DNA from: Methanobacteriota archaeon
GTDB taxonomy: Archaea; Thermoplasmatota; Thermoplasmata; SG8-5; JAGLSY01
Direction: 5' to 3'
DNA: 64,000 bases
Assembly: GCA_020697715.1 (NCBI GenBank)
Contig: JAEHCO010000001.1
Location: forward strand, 256,001-320,000
Positions 9,877-19,091 of this stretch are shown here, piece by piece. The first letter of the stretch is position 1. Every line of letters begins with the position of its first letter. The translations under genes were made by a program, and so were the position numbers. Under the pieces are notes generated by a model. That model searched no databases. It was not told the origin of the DNA and saw only the letters and a program-made list of their open reading frames with translations.

Positions 9877-10890
9877 TCAAAATTCCCAGTATCTTGATTG
9901 AACTTCCTTCGCTTTGTCCACCCAATCATTTCCAGAGCCTTGTATGTCCATGACCTCATCGTGTATCAAAGGAAATTCCTGATCTTTGAACATGGCCAGA
10001 GTTCCACAGACGACCTCGGCCAATGCATCTGTGTCATATCCGCCCTCGAGCAGGATGGTCATTCTATTCTCGCATAGTTCTTTTCCGAGAGCTAGTAATT
10101 TTGATATCTGATCTAGATATCCCTTGCTTGACAGCGTGAGGGAAGCTAATTGATCTCGATAATGAGCATCACCGCCGAAGCTTATCAGAAGAGCTTCTGG
10201 CTTGTATTGTCTAAGTATCGGGATGATGAGACTGTCAAAAGCATGGTCGAATGTGCCATCACCTGATCCGGACGGTAATGGGATATTGATATTGAATCCC
10301 TCGCCTTCATCAATTCCGACATCGTTGAAATGGCCAGTGCCAGGATATATCCCGTATTGGTGTGTGGATATGTAAAGCACGTCCTTCGAATCCTGGAATA
10401 TGTCATTGGTACCATTGCCATGATGCACGTCGATATCCACTATCGCCACCTTGCGGACCTTGGCCAGTAAATGCTCAGCCGCTATTGCGACATTGTTGAA
10501 ATAGCAGAATCCGCCACCATAGTCCTTTCCCGCATGGTGACCGGGAGGTCTCACCATGGCGTAGCTCGGTCTCTTATTCTCATAGGACCAATCCGCGGCC
10601 TGGATAGTGCCGCCGGCGGCCATCGAGGCCATCTCGAAAGTGTTAGGCCTGATGTAAGTGTCAGCGTCCATGTAACCTTCTGGATGCTGTTCGATCATGT
10701 CGATATAAGGTATGGTGTGTGCGAGAGCCAGTTGCTCCCTTGTGGCTGGAATTGGGGTGATTATCTCACTATCCGATATGACCTCGGGAAGTCTAGCCAC
10801 GATCGCCCGTACACGCTCGGGACATTCTGGATGTCCATGTGTCTGCGTCAATTCTGAATATGAATCATGATAAAATAACATAAAATTCAC
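9877..10890 (-). CDS. Histone deacetylase / AcuC-family Zn-dependent deacetylase
   Basis: HPECPER, RPPGHHA, GFCYFNNVA, DIDVHHGNGT, YPGTG, GGDAH..D, LEGGY. Confidence 0.95.
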   Translation of the reverse strand: MNFMLFYHDSYSELTQTHGHPECPERVRAIVARLPEVISDSEIITPIPATREQLALAHTIPYIDMIEQHPEGYMDADTYIRPNTFEMASMAAGGTIQAADWSYENKRPSYAMVRPPGHHAGKDYGGGFCYFNNVAIAAEHLLAKVRKVAIVDIDVHHGNGTNDIFQDSKDVLYISTHQYGIYPGTGHFNDVGIDEGEGFNINIPLPSGSGDGTFDHAFDSLIIPILRQYKPEALLISFGGDAHYRDQLASLTLSSKGYLDQISKLLALGKELCENRMTILLEGGYDTDALAEVVCGTLAMFKDQEFPLIHDEVMDIQGSGNDWVDKAKEVQSRYWEF

Positions 10891-11514
10891 CTACTGGATA
10901 CGTCCACATCCAAGGCATTTGTACTTATCACCGGATGTCGGGACCAGCTCCCCGCTACAGGATGTGCACTTTCCTTCCAGATCCTTTGTGGGTGCTTCCT
11001 CAGATGGTGTGCTTATTGGCTCTGGAGATGCCTCTTTATTGGCCTCGTCCAGAATATCGTCCACGGAATCGGAATGATAATAATCTGATTCCCCTGTGTG
11101 GATTATCGTGGTCTTGGCCAGCCTGTCGAACAATCTCTGTCGGGGGTCCCCTCTCCCAGCCAGACCGATTAGGGTGTCAATTGGAAGTAGAATATACCAC
11201 AGGGCTTTTGGCATATTTCTGAAGATCATCATGAGCGGGTTACTGTCCCTGTTACCCAGATACCTGGTTCTCAGGCCGAATATCTTCTTCCCGATGGTGG
11301 CTCCAGCAACTGCTTCCAGTATTCCAGAATATAGGAAGAGAGCGATACTGGACACAAGGCCAGCTGTGATGATCGTGTTCTTATCCATCATCACCAGAAC
11401 ACCACCGACCACGAAGAACACTATGAGCATGTCGACGAACATGGCCAGTGCCCGATAAAGCCAATGCTTCCTCAGGTCTCTATCATGTCCAAGAATGTCA
11501 AAGCCGGTTACCAT
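10891..11514 (-). CDS. RDD family membrane protein with C-terminal zinc ribbon
   Basis: RALAMFVD, GATIGKKIFGL, RQRLFDRLAKT, terminal CxxC..CxxC. Likely start MVTGFD. Confidence 0.8.
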   Translation of the reverse strand: MVTGFDILGHDRDLRKHWLYRALAMFVDMLIVFFVVGGVLVMMDKNTIITAGLVSSIALFLYSGILEAVAGATIGKKIFGLRTRYLGNRDSNPLMMIFRNMPKALWYILLPIDTLIGLAGRGDPRQRLFDRLAKTTIIHTGESDYYHSDSVDDILDEANKEASPEPISTPSEEAPTKDLEGKCTSCSGELVPTSGDKYKCLGCGRIQ

Positions 11515-11591
11515 ATCGATCACGGGTAAATGCACTTGGGAATATATGAGAGTTGGGTTACCAAAAAATATCAAGATCACGATGATGATCA

Positions 11592-12785
11592 TCAAAGAAG
11601 AATGATCGCCAATACCAGCACGATGCCCGCCATCAGGCCAGTGGCTGGCCATATGCTCTTGAAAAAGTCTTTCAAGCTAACTTTGAAGTATTCCAGAGAG
11701 ACAGTATTGCACGGATGCACTGGCGATATCAAATACCCCAAGAAAATGCTGAAATAAGTGATCGCGAAGGCCATCGGCTCCATGGCGGCCACCACGAAAT
11801 TGGCAAGGTAAATGGGCGCGATTATGGATATCGGAAGCTGTATGCGGCCAGTTGTCAATCCAAGGAAAAAGGCGACGAACACGCAGAGCACGACCTTGGA
11901 TGGGGAAAGCTCGGATATCTCCTGGGGAGTGCCAGAGGCGACGAACACATTGAGGAATACGAACATTCCTATTACAATTAGACCGTATTTCCATGGCCTC
12001 ATATTGGATATTATCGTCCTGAAGCCTTTGAACTGCATCTTACCCAGCCAGATGGCGAAGAGCAATGATATGATCACGGCTACCAGAAGGCTCGATTCCC
12101 TGTACTCCGGATTCCAGGTATTGAGCATGATGACATCCAGCACCGGGGCAATGAGGATGACGAACATGGGTATCAGAAGGCCAGTCAATGAAAATATGGT
12201 CGTGTATTCCATCTTCGCTCCCGATTTCCTGACGAAGAAAATGTATCCCACTATCAGCAATAGACCGAAGAAAGGAATGAGATACAAAATGGCCTCGTAA
12301 ATATCGAGGCCAGCTATCTTCGCTCCTACAATAAGTGAGGTTGAAAGCGGATATACAAGATAAAGCGCGTGCCTGAACCAGACATTTATCGCCACCTTGT
12401 CAACATCCGACACGTCCTTCCCACCCTTTTCTATCAAGGGGGCGGAAAGAAGTGCGCCTCCAGGCATGGGGAGCATACCGACAAGTGCTGGAGATAGCAT
12501 GAGGAAAGGTCTTTTCCCTATCCTGAGATTATTGACAAGGGAATCCATCAAGCCAGACCGGTTCATTATCCCTCCGATTATCGGGATAATGGTGACTGCC
12601 AGGCCCAGCATCAGAACTCCAGGATCTATCAAAGTTTTGTAAACTTCGGTAAAAGGATCCCTGGGCAGTGTGATGAATGCCAGTATGAGAGAGGCGGAGA
12701 ACATGGCCACCCACAAGCTCCATTTGGAGATGATGAGCAGGGCTGCCAGTGCGACTATGAAGCCTATCCATATTACCAAGTCCAT
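11592..12785 (-). CDS. DUF401-family (IT superfamily-like) membrane transporter
   Basis: PALVGMLPMPGGALLSAP, INVWFRH, SPVHPC motifs and many TM helices. Likely start MDLVIW. Confidence 0.8.
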   Translation of the reverse strand: MDLVIWIGFIVALAALLIISKWSLWVAMFSASLILAFITLPRDPFTEVYKTLIDPGVLMLGLAVTIIPIIGGIMNRSGLMDSLVNNLRIGKRPFLMLSPALVGMLPMPGGALLSAPLIEKGGKDVSDVDKVAINVWFRHALYLVYPLSTSLIVGAKIAGLDIYEAILYLIPFFGLLLIVGYIFFVRKSGAKMEYTTIFSLTGLLIPMFVILIAPVLDVIMLNTWNPEYRESSLLVAVIISLLFAIWLGKMQFKGFRTIISNMRPWKYGLIVIGMFVFLNVFVASGTPQEISELSPSKVVLCVFVAFFLGLTTGRIQLPISIIAPIYLANFVVAAMEPMAFAITYFSIFLGYLISPVHPCNTVSLEYFKVSLKDFFKSIWPATGLMAGIVLVLAIILL

Positions 12786-12994
12786 GCATTCCACAAATAG
12801 TAAGGGGTTTATGTTACTTGCCCTGAAAAGTTGATAAACGATAGTAATATGCCAGCAGCTGGAATTAATGCAAAGCACGAGAGTGGCGATCATATGCCCG
12901 GGTTCTCGAAACCTTAAAATAGAGTTGTGGTATGAAGGGGGAATGCGGAACAATGGTTTTCTTCAGCTTTTGCAAAGGAAATCCATAGTTCAAT

Positions 12995-13066
12995 GCCGTC
13001 GTAGCTTAGTGGTGGAGCGGCTGACTGTTAATCAGCAGGTCACAGGTTCAAATCCTGTCGACGGCG
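12995..13066 (+). tRNA. tRNA-Asn(GTT)
   Basis: Acceptor GCCGTCG/CGACGGC, anticodon arm GCTGA-CT-GTT-AA-TCAGC, T-loop GGTTCAAATCC. Confidence 0.97.
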
Positions 13067-13075
13067 CCTTTTATT

Positions 13076-13224
13076 TTGAACATCCCCGCCCTCAGTCATC
13101 AATATATCATTGTATCAGGCGAGGTTTTCGAATAGGAAGCACTCTGTATTTGTCACTCACTGGGTCATCACTGAGAGTACCCCGCCCTCCTTGGTTCTAT
13201 CATGGCAATCAGACGGGGCATGTT
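13076..13224 (-). repeat. Structured dispersed repeat family A, copy 2
   Basis: Homologous to 96-232. Lies 10 nt past the tRNA-Asn 3' end; minus strand ends ...GGGCGGGGATGTTCAA. Confidence 0.85.
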
Positions 13225-13279
13225 TGAATATAAAATGCCTTGTAGAGATTCGGCTCGGAACGGATAAATTAAATACAAG

Positions 13280-14485
13280 TCATGGAGAAATAGTCAAATA
13301 TATTTCTACAGTATCAAAGTAATCATCAACATTGAATTCATCTAAATAGCCCAATACAAACTTCACCTCTGTAAGTGAGTCTTGTCCGCATGTTACATTG
13401 ATCACTTCTCTATCAATAGTGACATTGTCCTCTCTCAATTCAAAAGTAAATGTGACATCATCATCCAGATCATGTTCAAAAGCTTTTAATTCGCATTCGA
13501 CATCGAAATAATATCCAAATTCTTCGTCATGGTTTAATTGCCAATCATTGTCCCCCAAATCCAATGAGAAAACAGTTCCATAGACTGGGACTGAAGCTAT
13601 AGTTGTTATATTCCAATGGCATTCATATGCCGAATTAAGAGATGCGAAACGAGAATGCCACCCATCAATACCATTTGTTGGATCTAGTCCTATCCACCCT
13701 CCGCCCAAATAACTGCGTATTTTATCCTGCACTTCGCTTCTTGGAGGGGTGTATTCCGGCAAATAAACAGCAACGTAAACATGGCCTATATCCCTACCTT
13801 CGGTTTCATTATACCCTTGTGTGTAGACAAAGGCAACATCCTTCAATCCCCCAGCATAGAGCAGGGAAGCAAGAAGGGAAGCGTAATCCGTACACACACC
13901 TTCCCCATCATGAAGCGTGGTGACGGGATATTGTGAGGACCAAATATCATTATCTTTATAACTTATCTCCTCAGCCACGAAGTAATACGCTTCAATAGTT
14001 TGGGAAACCCTATTATCAGGGTATTCTTCTTTGAATCCATCGGAAATGTTTTGGATGGTCGGAGTCACATGAACGGTCATAAGTTCTTCATGTCTGAAAT
14101 CATGAGAAAAATTGCCCCATAATAATGTAGTACTATTAACTACTAAATAACTTAGTTGCCATGGGGTTCCGGGATACTGCCTGTAAAAAACATCATCATT
14201 TGGATCTATAGGTATTGAATTATAAGAACGGTCGTTCAGTGCAACACTTATGCTTGCGATGATAATCACGATAGCGATGACGACCACAATCCTTTTCCTG
14301 CTTCTTAGTTTGTCCAATATTAGTCCAAAATAATTGATTGACTGTGATTGCAAAGGTTGTTCTGTTTGAGGCTGATGGACAGGCTGGTAATAAGTATGAC
14401 ATTCACTACAATACCATTGCTGTTCATGATCATTCATGGTCATTTGTGAAGCACATTTAAAGCAATTTGGTATATCTTGATCCAC
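13280..14485 (-). CDS. Membrane-anchored transglutaminase-like (Cys-His-Asp) protein with N-terminal zinc ribbon
   Basis: CxxC..CxxC, one TM helix, GVCTDYASLLASLL, GHVYVAV, WIGLDPT triad. Confidence 0.85.
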   Translation of the reverse strand: MDQDIPNCFKCASQMTMNDHEQQWYCSECHTYYQPVHQPQTEQPLQSQSINYFGLILDKLRSRKRIVVVIAIVIIIASISVALNDRSYNSIPIDPNDDVFYRQYPGTPWQLSYLVVNSTTLLWGNFSHDFRHEELMTVHVTPTIQNISDGFKEEYPDNRVSQTIEAYYFVAEEISYKDNDIWSSQYPVTTLHDGEGVCTDYASLLASLLYAGGLKDVAFVYTQGYNETEGRDIGHVYVAVYLPEYTPPRSEVQDKIRSYLGGGWIGLDPTNGIDGWHSRFASLNSAYECHWNITTIASVPVYGTVFSLDLGDNDWQLNHDEEFGYYFDVECELKAFEHDLDDDVTFTFELREDNVTIDREVINVTCGQDSLTEVKFVLGYLDEFNVDDYFDTVEIYLTISP

Positions 14486-14646
14486 TCTCTTCCACCTCTA
14501 TACTACGACGGTCATCCTTTTACTGGTTATCACCCGTCGCTAAGTGGATGGGGAATAGTACCTAAATACATTTCCATTACCAAGAAAAGTGGCTGGCAAT
14601 GTATTAGCAGAGCGTATTGGCATTAATGAGTATGCGGAACAATACG

Positions 14647-14856
14647 AACATGCCCCGTCCCGAGTGTATTTTGCGTTAAATGCGCAAAATAATAGTTCGA
14701 GAAGCGAAGCGATTCGAACTATGACGCAGGGTCGGGGTACTATATTCGATGAGCATTCGAGTGACAGTCGCGATGTGCCAGTAGAAAGATAAACTCCTCG
14801 CTTTCAAACGCGAGGAGTCAAACCAAACCCCGCCCCGATCAAAGCAGGGGCGGAGT
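14647..14856 (+). repeat. Structured dispersed repeat family A, copy 3 (divergent, inverted relative to copies 1 and 2)
   Basis: AACATGCCCCGTC...CAGGGTCGGGGTACT...GAGTGACAGTC..GATGTGCCAGT...CCCCGCCCC..GGGGCGGAG, with extra hairpins inserted in the loops. Confidence 0.7.
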
Positions 14857-14946
14857 CCTTATCCTCACCCAGCTCAACAAATGGACACGAAACATTCTAT
14901 ACATTTTATCCAAACCTATTTTAACCCCTTCTTCATCCCGCGGACT

Positions 14947-16344
14947 ATGTCCGAAATGGCAGTAACAGAGGAAAAAAGTATCGAAAATGACAAACTCATG
15001 AACCGCTGGCTTGTGGTCGTGGGTGCTATCCTGATACAGCTGGCCCTGGGTGCGATATACTCATGGTCGGTCTTCACACCTATATTGACCAAATCAGCTG
15101 CAGATGGTGGTGAGTTCATGTTCACCACCACGGAGACCCAGATGATCTTCAGTGCGGGTCTGGTAACCTTCGCCCTGGTCATGGTCTTAGCTGGAAAGCT
15201 ACAGGCTATCCACGGTCCAAGAAAGATCGCCCTGATAGGCGGTGTTCTTCTTGGTGTTGGTTACATCCTGGCTTCCTTTGTCGGTGATTCATTCATCGGC
15301 ATGCTCGTGACCATCGGAATTATCGGAGGAGCGGGTATTGGAATGGCCTATGTCGTTCCTATCGCCGTCGGTATAAAATGGTTCCCGGACAAGAAAGGGC
15401 TCATATCGGGTATGGCAGTTGCTGGATTCGGATTCGGAGCAACTATCTGGGTCAAGCTCGCAGGCACCTGGGGAAATCTTCTTGAGGATGTGGGACTGCA
15501 CACGACTTACTTCATTTACGGTATCATATTCCTGATAATGGTGGTCGTCGGCTCTTTGCTCATGGTCAATCCCCCAGAGAACTACAAACCAGCTGGATGG
15601 ACACCGCCAGTAGCTAAGAAGGGCGGCCCAACCGGATACAATTACACACCAAAAGAAATGATCAAGACAAAGCAATTTTACATGATCTGGTCCATGTTCA
15701 TATTCGGAGCATTGGCCGGTCTCATGGTCATCGGTATCATCAAGCTTTTCGGAATAGACGCATTACAGGCATCTGGCAATTATACAGATGTCGAAGCGTC
15801 AGCCATCGCAGGTACAGCGATGGCTGTCTTCTACGCGATCTTCAATGGAATAGGAAGAATCGCATGGGGAGCCATAGCTGACAAGATCGGTACCAAGAAG
15901 TCCCTGATGGCGATGTTCGCTTTCCAGGCATTGATGATGTTCATCGTGTTCCAGATGGGCGGCAATGAATATACATTGTACGCGGCAGCTGCTTTGATCG
16001 GTTTCAATTTCGGCGGTAACTTCGCCTTATTCCCAACTACCACGGCCGAGTTCTTCGGAACCAAGACTGTGGGGCAGAATTACGGATTCGTCTTCTCCGC
16101 TTACGGTGTTGGCGGTGTCGTGGGTCCGCTCATGGCCGGATACTTCAAGGACAGTGGAGTAGCAGGTGTGGATGCCTGGTATCCTGCCTTTATAATAGCC
16201 GGAATACTTTGCGTAGTTGCAGTCGTCCTCGCTCTCATGCTCTCAACACCTGAAGATCCAGAAGGAGCGGCAGTGGCGGAAGAACCAAAGGAAGCCGCTG
16301 TAGTGGATGAAATTGCAGACGCACCTGAGGAAGACAAAGAATAA
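14947..16344 (+). CDS. OFA-family MFS transporter (oxalate/formate or L-lactate type)
   Basis: NRWLVV.GA.LIQLALGAIYSWSVF, KWFPDKKGL.SG, NGIGRIAWG..ADKIG, FFGTK.VG.NYG. Confidence 0.9.
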   Translation: MSEMAVTEEKSIENDKLMNRWLVVVGAILIQLALGAIYSWSVFTPILTKSAADGGEFMFTTTETQMIFSAGLVTFALVMVLAGKLQAIHGPRKIALIGGVLLGVGYILASFVGDSFIGMLVTIGIIGGAGIGMAYVVPIAVGIKWFPDKKGLISGMAVAGFGFGATIWVKLAGTWGNLLEDVGLHTTYFIYGIIFLIMVVVGSLLMVNPPENYKPAGWTPPVAKKGGPTGYNYTPKEMIKTKQFYMIWSMFIFGALAGLMVIGIIKLFGIDALQASGNYTDVEASAIAGTAMAVFYAIFNGIGRIAWGAIADKIGTKKSLMAMFAFQALMMFIVFQMGGNEYTLYAAAALIGFNFGGNFALFPTTTAEFFGTKTVGQNYGFVFSAYGVGGVVGPLMAGYFKDSGVAGVDAWYPAFIIAGILCVVAVVLALMLSTPEDPEGAAVAEEPKEAAVVDEIADAPEEDKE

Positions 16345-16363
16345 AGATAAAGGAGTGGAATAG

Positions 16364-16894
16364 ATGAAACCTGTTGAAGCCATGAACGATCTCATAGAGG
16401 GCAATGGCAGGTTCATCGAAAAGACCGATTCGGATCTGAGAGAGCATGTCAAAGGACAGTGGCCGAAGGCCGTTATTCTTTCATGCTCCGATTCCCGGGT
16501 CGTGCCAGAGATCATATTCGACCAGGGTATCGGAGAGGTATTCACGGTAGTGGTGGCTGGCAATGTCGCCTCCGATGATACAGTGATCCAATCAATAGAA
16601 TACGCAGTTGCCCATCTCGATGTCCCCCTGTTGCTCGTAATGGGGCACAACCATTGCGGTGCCGTGGCTCTTACGGAGAAATGCATGGCGGAGGATGTGG
16701 ATGGCGGTGCTTTGGTAGATGAGATATCTGCTGGGTTCGATCTGGATAAAGATCATATAGTTGCCAATGTGAAGAGGCAGTGCAAGATGCTTCCAATAAG
16801 GAGTGAGATCATTGCCAATGCAATCAGCTCTGGCGATCTGGCTCTCATGGGCGCCGTGTACGACCTTGAAAGTGGTCGTGTAAATTTAATTTAA
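16364..16894 (+). CDS. Beta-class carbonic anhydrase
   Basis: CSDSRV, AGNV, SIEYAV.HL, GHNHCGAV, YDLESG.V. Confidence 0.95.
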   Translation: MKPVEAMNDLIEGNGRFIEKTDSDLREHVKGQWPKAVILSCSDSRVVPEIIFDQGIGEVFTVVVAGNVASDDTVIQSIEYAVAHLDVPLLLVMGHNHCGAVALTEKCMAEDVDGGALVDEISAGFDLDKDHIVANVKRQCKMLPIRSEIIANAISSGDLALMGAVYDLESGRVNLI

Positions 16895-16954
16895 GTGGGG
16901 AAATATATTTATCACCCAAGTGCCATATACCTTCTACTTGTCGGATGGTGAAAG

Positions 16955-17836
16955 ATGGGACACAGTGTGCGTAAGATACCAACAGCGGTAGCTGATTTTG
17001 ATGCCATAGTGCATGGAGGACTTCCAGAGGGATCTGTAGTTCTATTACTTGGGGATCTTGGGGCTGGCCAGCAGGAATTCGCCTATACCTCCGCCTCTAA
17101 ACTATCCATCGTGAAAGAACATCCGATGCTGTTCGAGAATTATTGTGGCGCTTATTGCGATATAGCCGGATTGCCAGAAAAGATATGTTATATCTCATTT
17201 TCAAGACCAAAAGAAGATATTCTCAGGGAGATCAGTAGTTCTTTCAATCAGGATTATCACGACGCCTTGAAGAGGAAATTGATCTTCAAGGATCTATCAG
17301 CCAGTTACTTCAGCAAGACCATAGTGCCTTCCTCGTGGACCCACATGGAGCCAAAGGAGGAGAAAGATAATGGCAATGGAGATGCTGATGAGTTCCTGGT
17401 CTTCACCACTTCGCCAAAGGAGTCGGTACTGGAATCACTGGTGAACTTCCTGGATGAGAATGCCCAGGACTCTATGATAATAATAGATTCATTGACAGAC
17501 CTGGTGGTCAGCGGAACTGTGGATATATCCGAGCTTATAGGTGTCCTGAGAGGCATCCAGAGAGCGGCCAAAAGGTGGAATGGAGTGATATACCTTCTTC
17601 TGACAAGGGACGTGATGGACAAGCAGAAGGAGCAGATGATATTGGACAGCGTGGATGGTGTCCTGACATTCGAATGGAGCCATTACCTAAGAAGTACGAA
17701 GAGGCAGAGATATCTGTACATTGAGAAGTTCATGAGCATTCTGCCTCATATTGAAAATGACAGGATGATAAAATTCCCAACGAGAGTGAGTGCCAGTAGT
17801 GGTATCACTGTCGTGAATATGGAGGTTATTGCGTGA
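16955..17836 (+). CDS. KaiC/RAD55-like ATPase with degenerate Walker A
   Basis: IPT.VADFD..VHGGLPEGSVVLLLGDLGAGQQEF (no catalytic Lys), IIIDSL, DSVDGVL.F. Confidence 0.8.
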   Translation: MGHSVRKIPTAVADFDAIVHGGLPEGSVVLLLGDLGAGQQEFAYTSASKLSIVKEHPMLFENYCGAYCDIAGLPEKICYISFSRPKEDILREISSSFNQDYHDALKRKLIFKDLSASYFSKTIVPSSWTHMEPKEEKDNGNGDADEFLVFTTSPKESVLESLVNFLDENAQDSMIIIDSLTDLVVSGTVDISELIGVLRGIQRAAKRWNGVIYLLLTRDVMDKQKEQMILDSVDGVLTFEWSHYLRSTKRQRYLYIEKFMSILPHIENDRMIKFPTRVSASSGITVVNMEVIA

Positions 17837-17928
17837 TATCAGAGATATCAACGAATGATCTCTCGGAAATGGAGGTCATTGCGTGATGAACTTGAGTTCA
17901 TCCCAGCATGATCTCTCGGAAATGGAGG
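17819..17928 (+). repeat. Two tandem units of 50 and 53 bp plus a partial third, each with a different internal palindrome
   Basis: ATGGAGGT(T/C)ATTGCGT-[palindrome]-N5-ATGATCTCTCGGAA occurs twice, then ATGGAGG. Confidence 0.85.
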
Positions 17929-17935
17929 AAGTATA

Positions 17936-18637
17936 ATGTCCGAAAATAAAGTAATGACAGGGATCCAGGGATTGGATCAGATGATCGCAAGTGGCATCCC
18001 AAGTGGGCATATAATCGCATTATTGGGTTCATGCGGAACCGGAAAGACCACCCTTTCTCTCCAATATGCGTGGAATGGACTGGCCATGGGTGAAAAGGCC
18101 ATATTCATAAGCCTGGAGGAAGATGAAGAGGCCATCAAGAAGAATGCCATTAATTATGGGTGGGACCTTCAGCCACACATAGACAATAAGAATCTTCTAT
18201 TGGTCAAGCTGGAGCCCGCGGATGCGAAGAACACGGTCATGAAGATCAAGAGCGAACTACCTCGCATTATTGGGAACTTTGGAGCAAAAAGAGTGGTACT
18301 GGATTCAGTCTCCCTTCTTAGTATGTTATTCGATGACGAGGCCGAGAAAAGAACAAATCTGTTCAATCTCTGCAAGCAGATCAAAGACAGCGGAGCCACC
18401 GCAGTCTTCACTGCCGAAGTTAAAGAGAATAACCCACTGGCATCAAGAGATGGACTTGTCGAATACGTGGCCGATGGTGTTATTTCACTAAAGTACACGG
18501 AGACAGATGATGGAAATGATGTCCAGCTGTCTATCAGGATAATAAAAATGAGAAGAGCCAGGCATGAAAGGAAGATCAAGCCTTACTCGATAACTCAGAA
18601 TGGGATAGAAGTTCATTCACAGGCTGAAATGTTCTAA
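17936..18637 (+). CDS. KaiC/RAD55-family ATPase
   Basis: TGIQGLD.MI.SGIP, GSCGTGKTT, ISLEE, VVLDSVS, EYVADGVI.L, KMRR. Confidence 0.92.
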   Translation: MSENKVMTGIQGLDQMIASGIPSGHIIALLGSCGTGKTTLSLQYAWNGLAMGEKAIFISLEEDEEAIKKNAINYGWDLQPHIDNKNLLLVKLEPADAKNTVMKIKSELPRIIGNFGAKRVVLDSVSLLSMLFDDEAEKRTNLFNLCKQIKDSGATAVFTAEVKENNPLASRDGLVEYVADGVISLKYTETDDGNDVQLSIRIIKMRRARHERKIKPYSITQNGIEVHSQAEMF

Positions 18638-18785
18638 ACAACCGATCCTAAAGGCTCCGAATGTTTAGATTCAAAGGCCATAGTCCCAAACTCGCAGAGG
18701 CTCTACCTCTGCGTTCAGATAATAAAACATTGATGGGACTACGGCAACCGACTACTCATCATGCGTTGGCTCAAATTGTTGATAT

Positions 18786-19091
18786 TCAATATTCTCGCCA
18801 GCTGGCCGAGCACTTGCAACATCTGTAGATCCTGGTCTCTGGCTCGTCGGATGCACGGGTCTGCCTTATAACGAAAAATGCTTCATTGTGTCCACATTTT
18901 GGGCATTCCTGCTTTGTCGTGGGCAGGGTGGCGGTATCCTCGGTTATCACCATCATCTCTTTTTCTTCATGCATTTTGGTGACTATCTTGGTGCTGGCTT
19001 TGGATTTACTCTTGCCTGAGTAACCACATCTCTTGCATGTCAGCACACCATCCTTGGGGAACATCATTGATTTGCATTCTGGACAGAACAT
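18786..19091 (-). CDS. tfs: Transcription factor S (TFS)
   Basis: N-terminal MFCPEC..CKRCG zinc ribbon. C-terminal CPKCGH..QTRASDEPET..Y.CCKC with the acidic DE hairpin. Confidence 0.93.
   Translation of the reverse strand: MFCPECKSMMFPKDGVLTCKRCGYSGKSKSKASTKIVTKMHEEKEMMVITEDTATLPTTKQECPKCGHNEAFFVIRQTRASDEPETRIYRCCKCSASWREY

Noticed and set aside
14503-14540. attR duplication of tRNA-Asn (CTACGACGG / CCGTCG)
   Set aside because: The match is only 6-9 nt, forms a local hairpin in a leader, and no integrase is present.
17819-17928. CRISPR mini-array
   Set aside because: Only two units, the variable parts are short palindromes, the repeats include a gene end and SD, and there are no cas genes in the window.
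5260-18637. Circadian clock (kaiC)
   Set aside because: These are single-domain RAD55/KaiC-like ATPases with no kaiA or kaiB, which is common in archaea.
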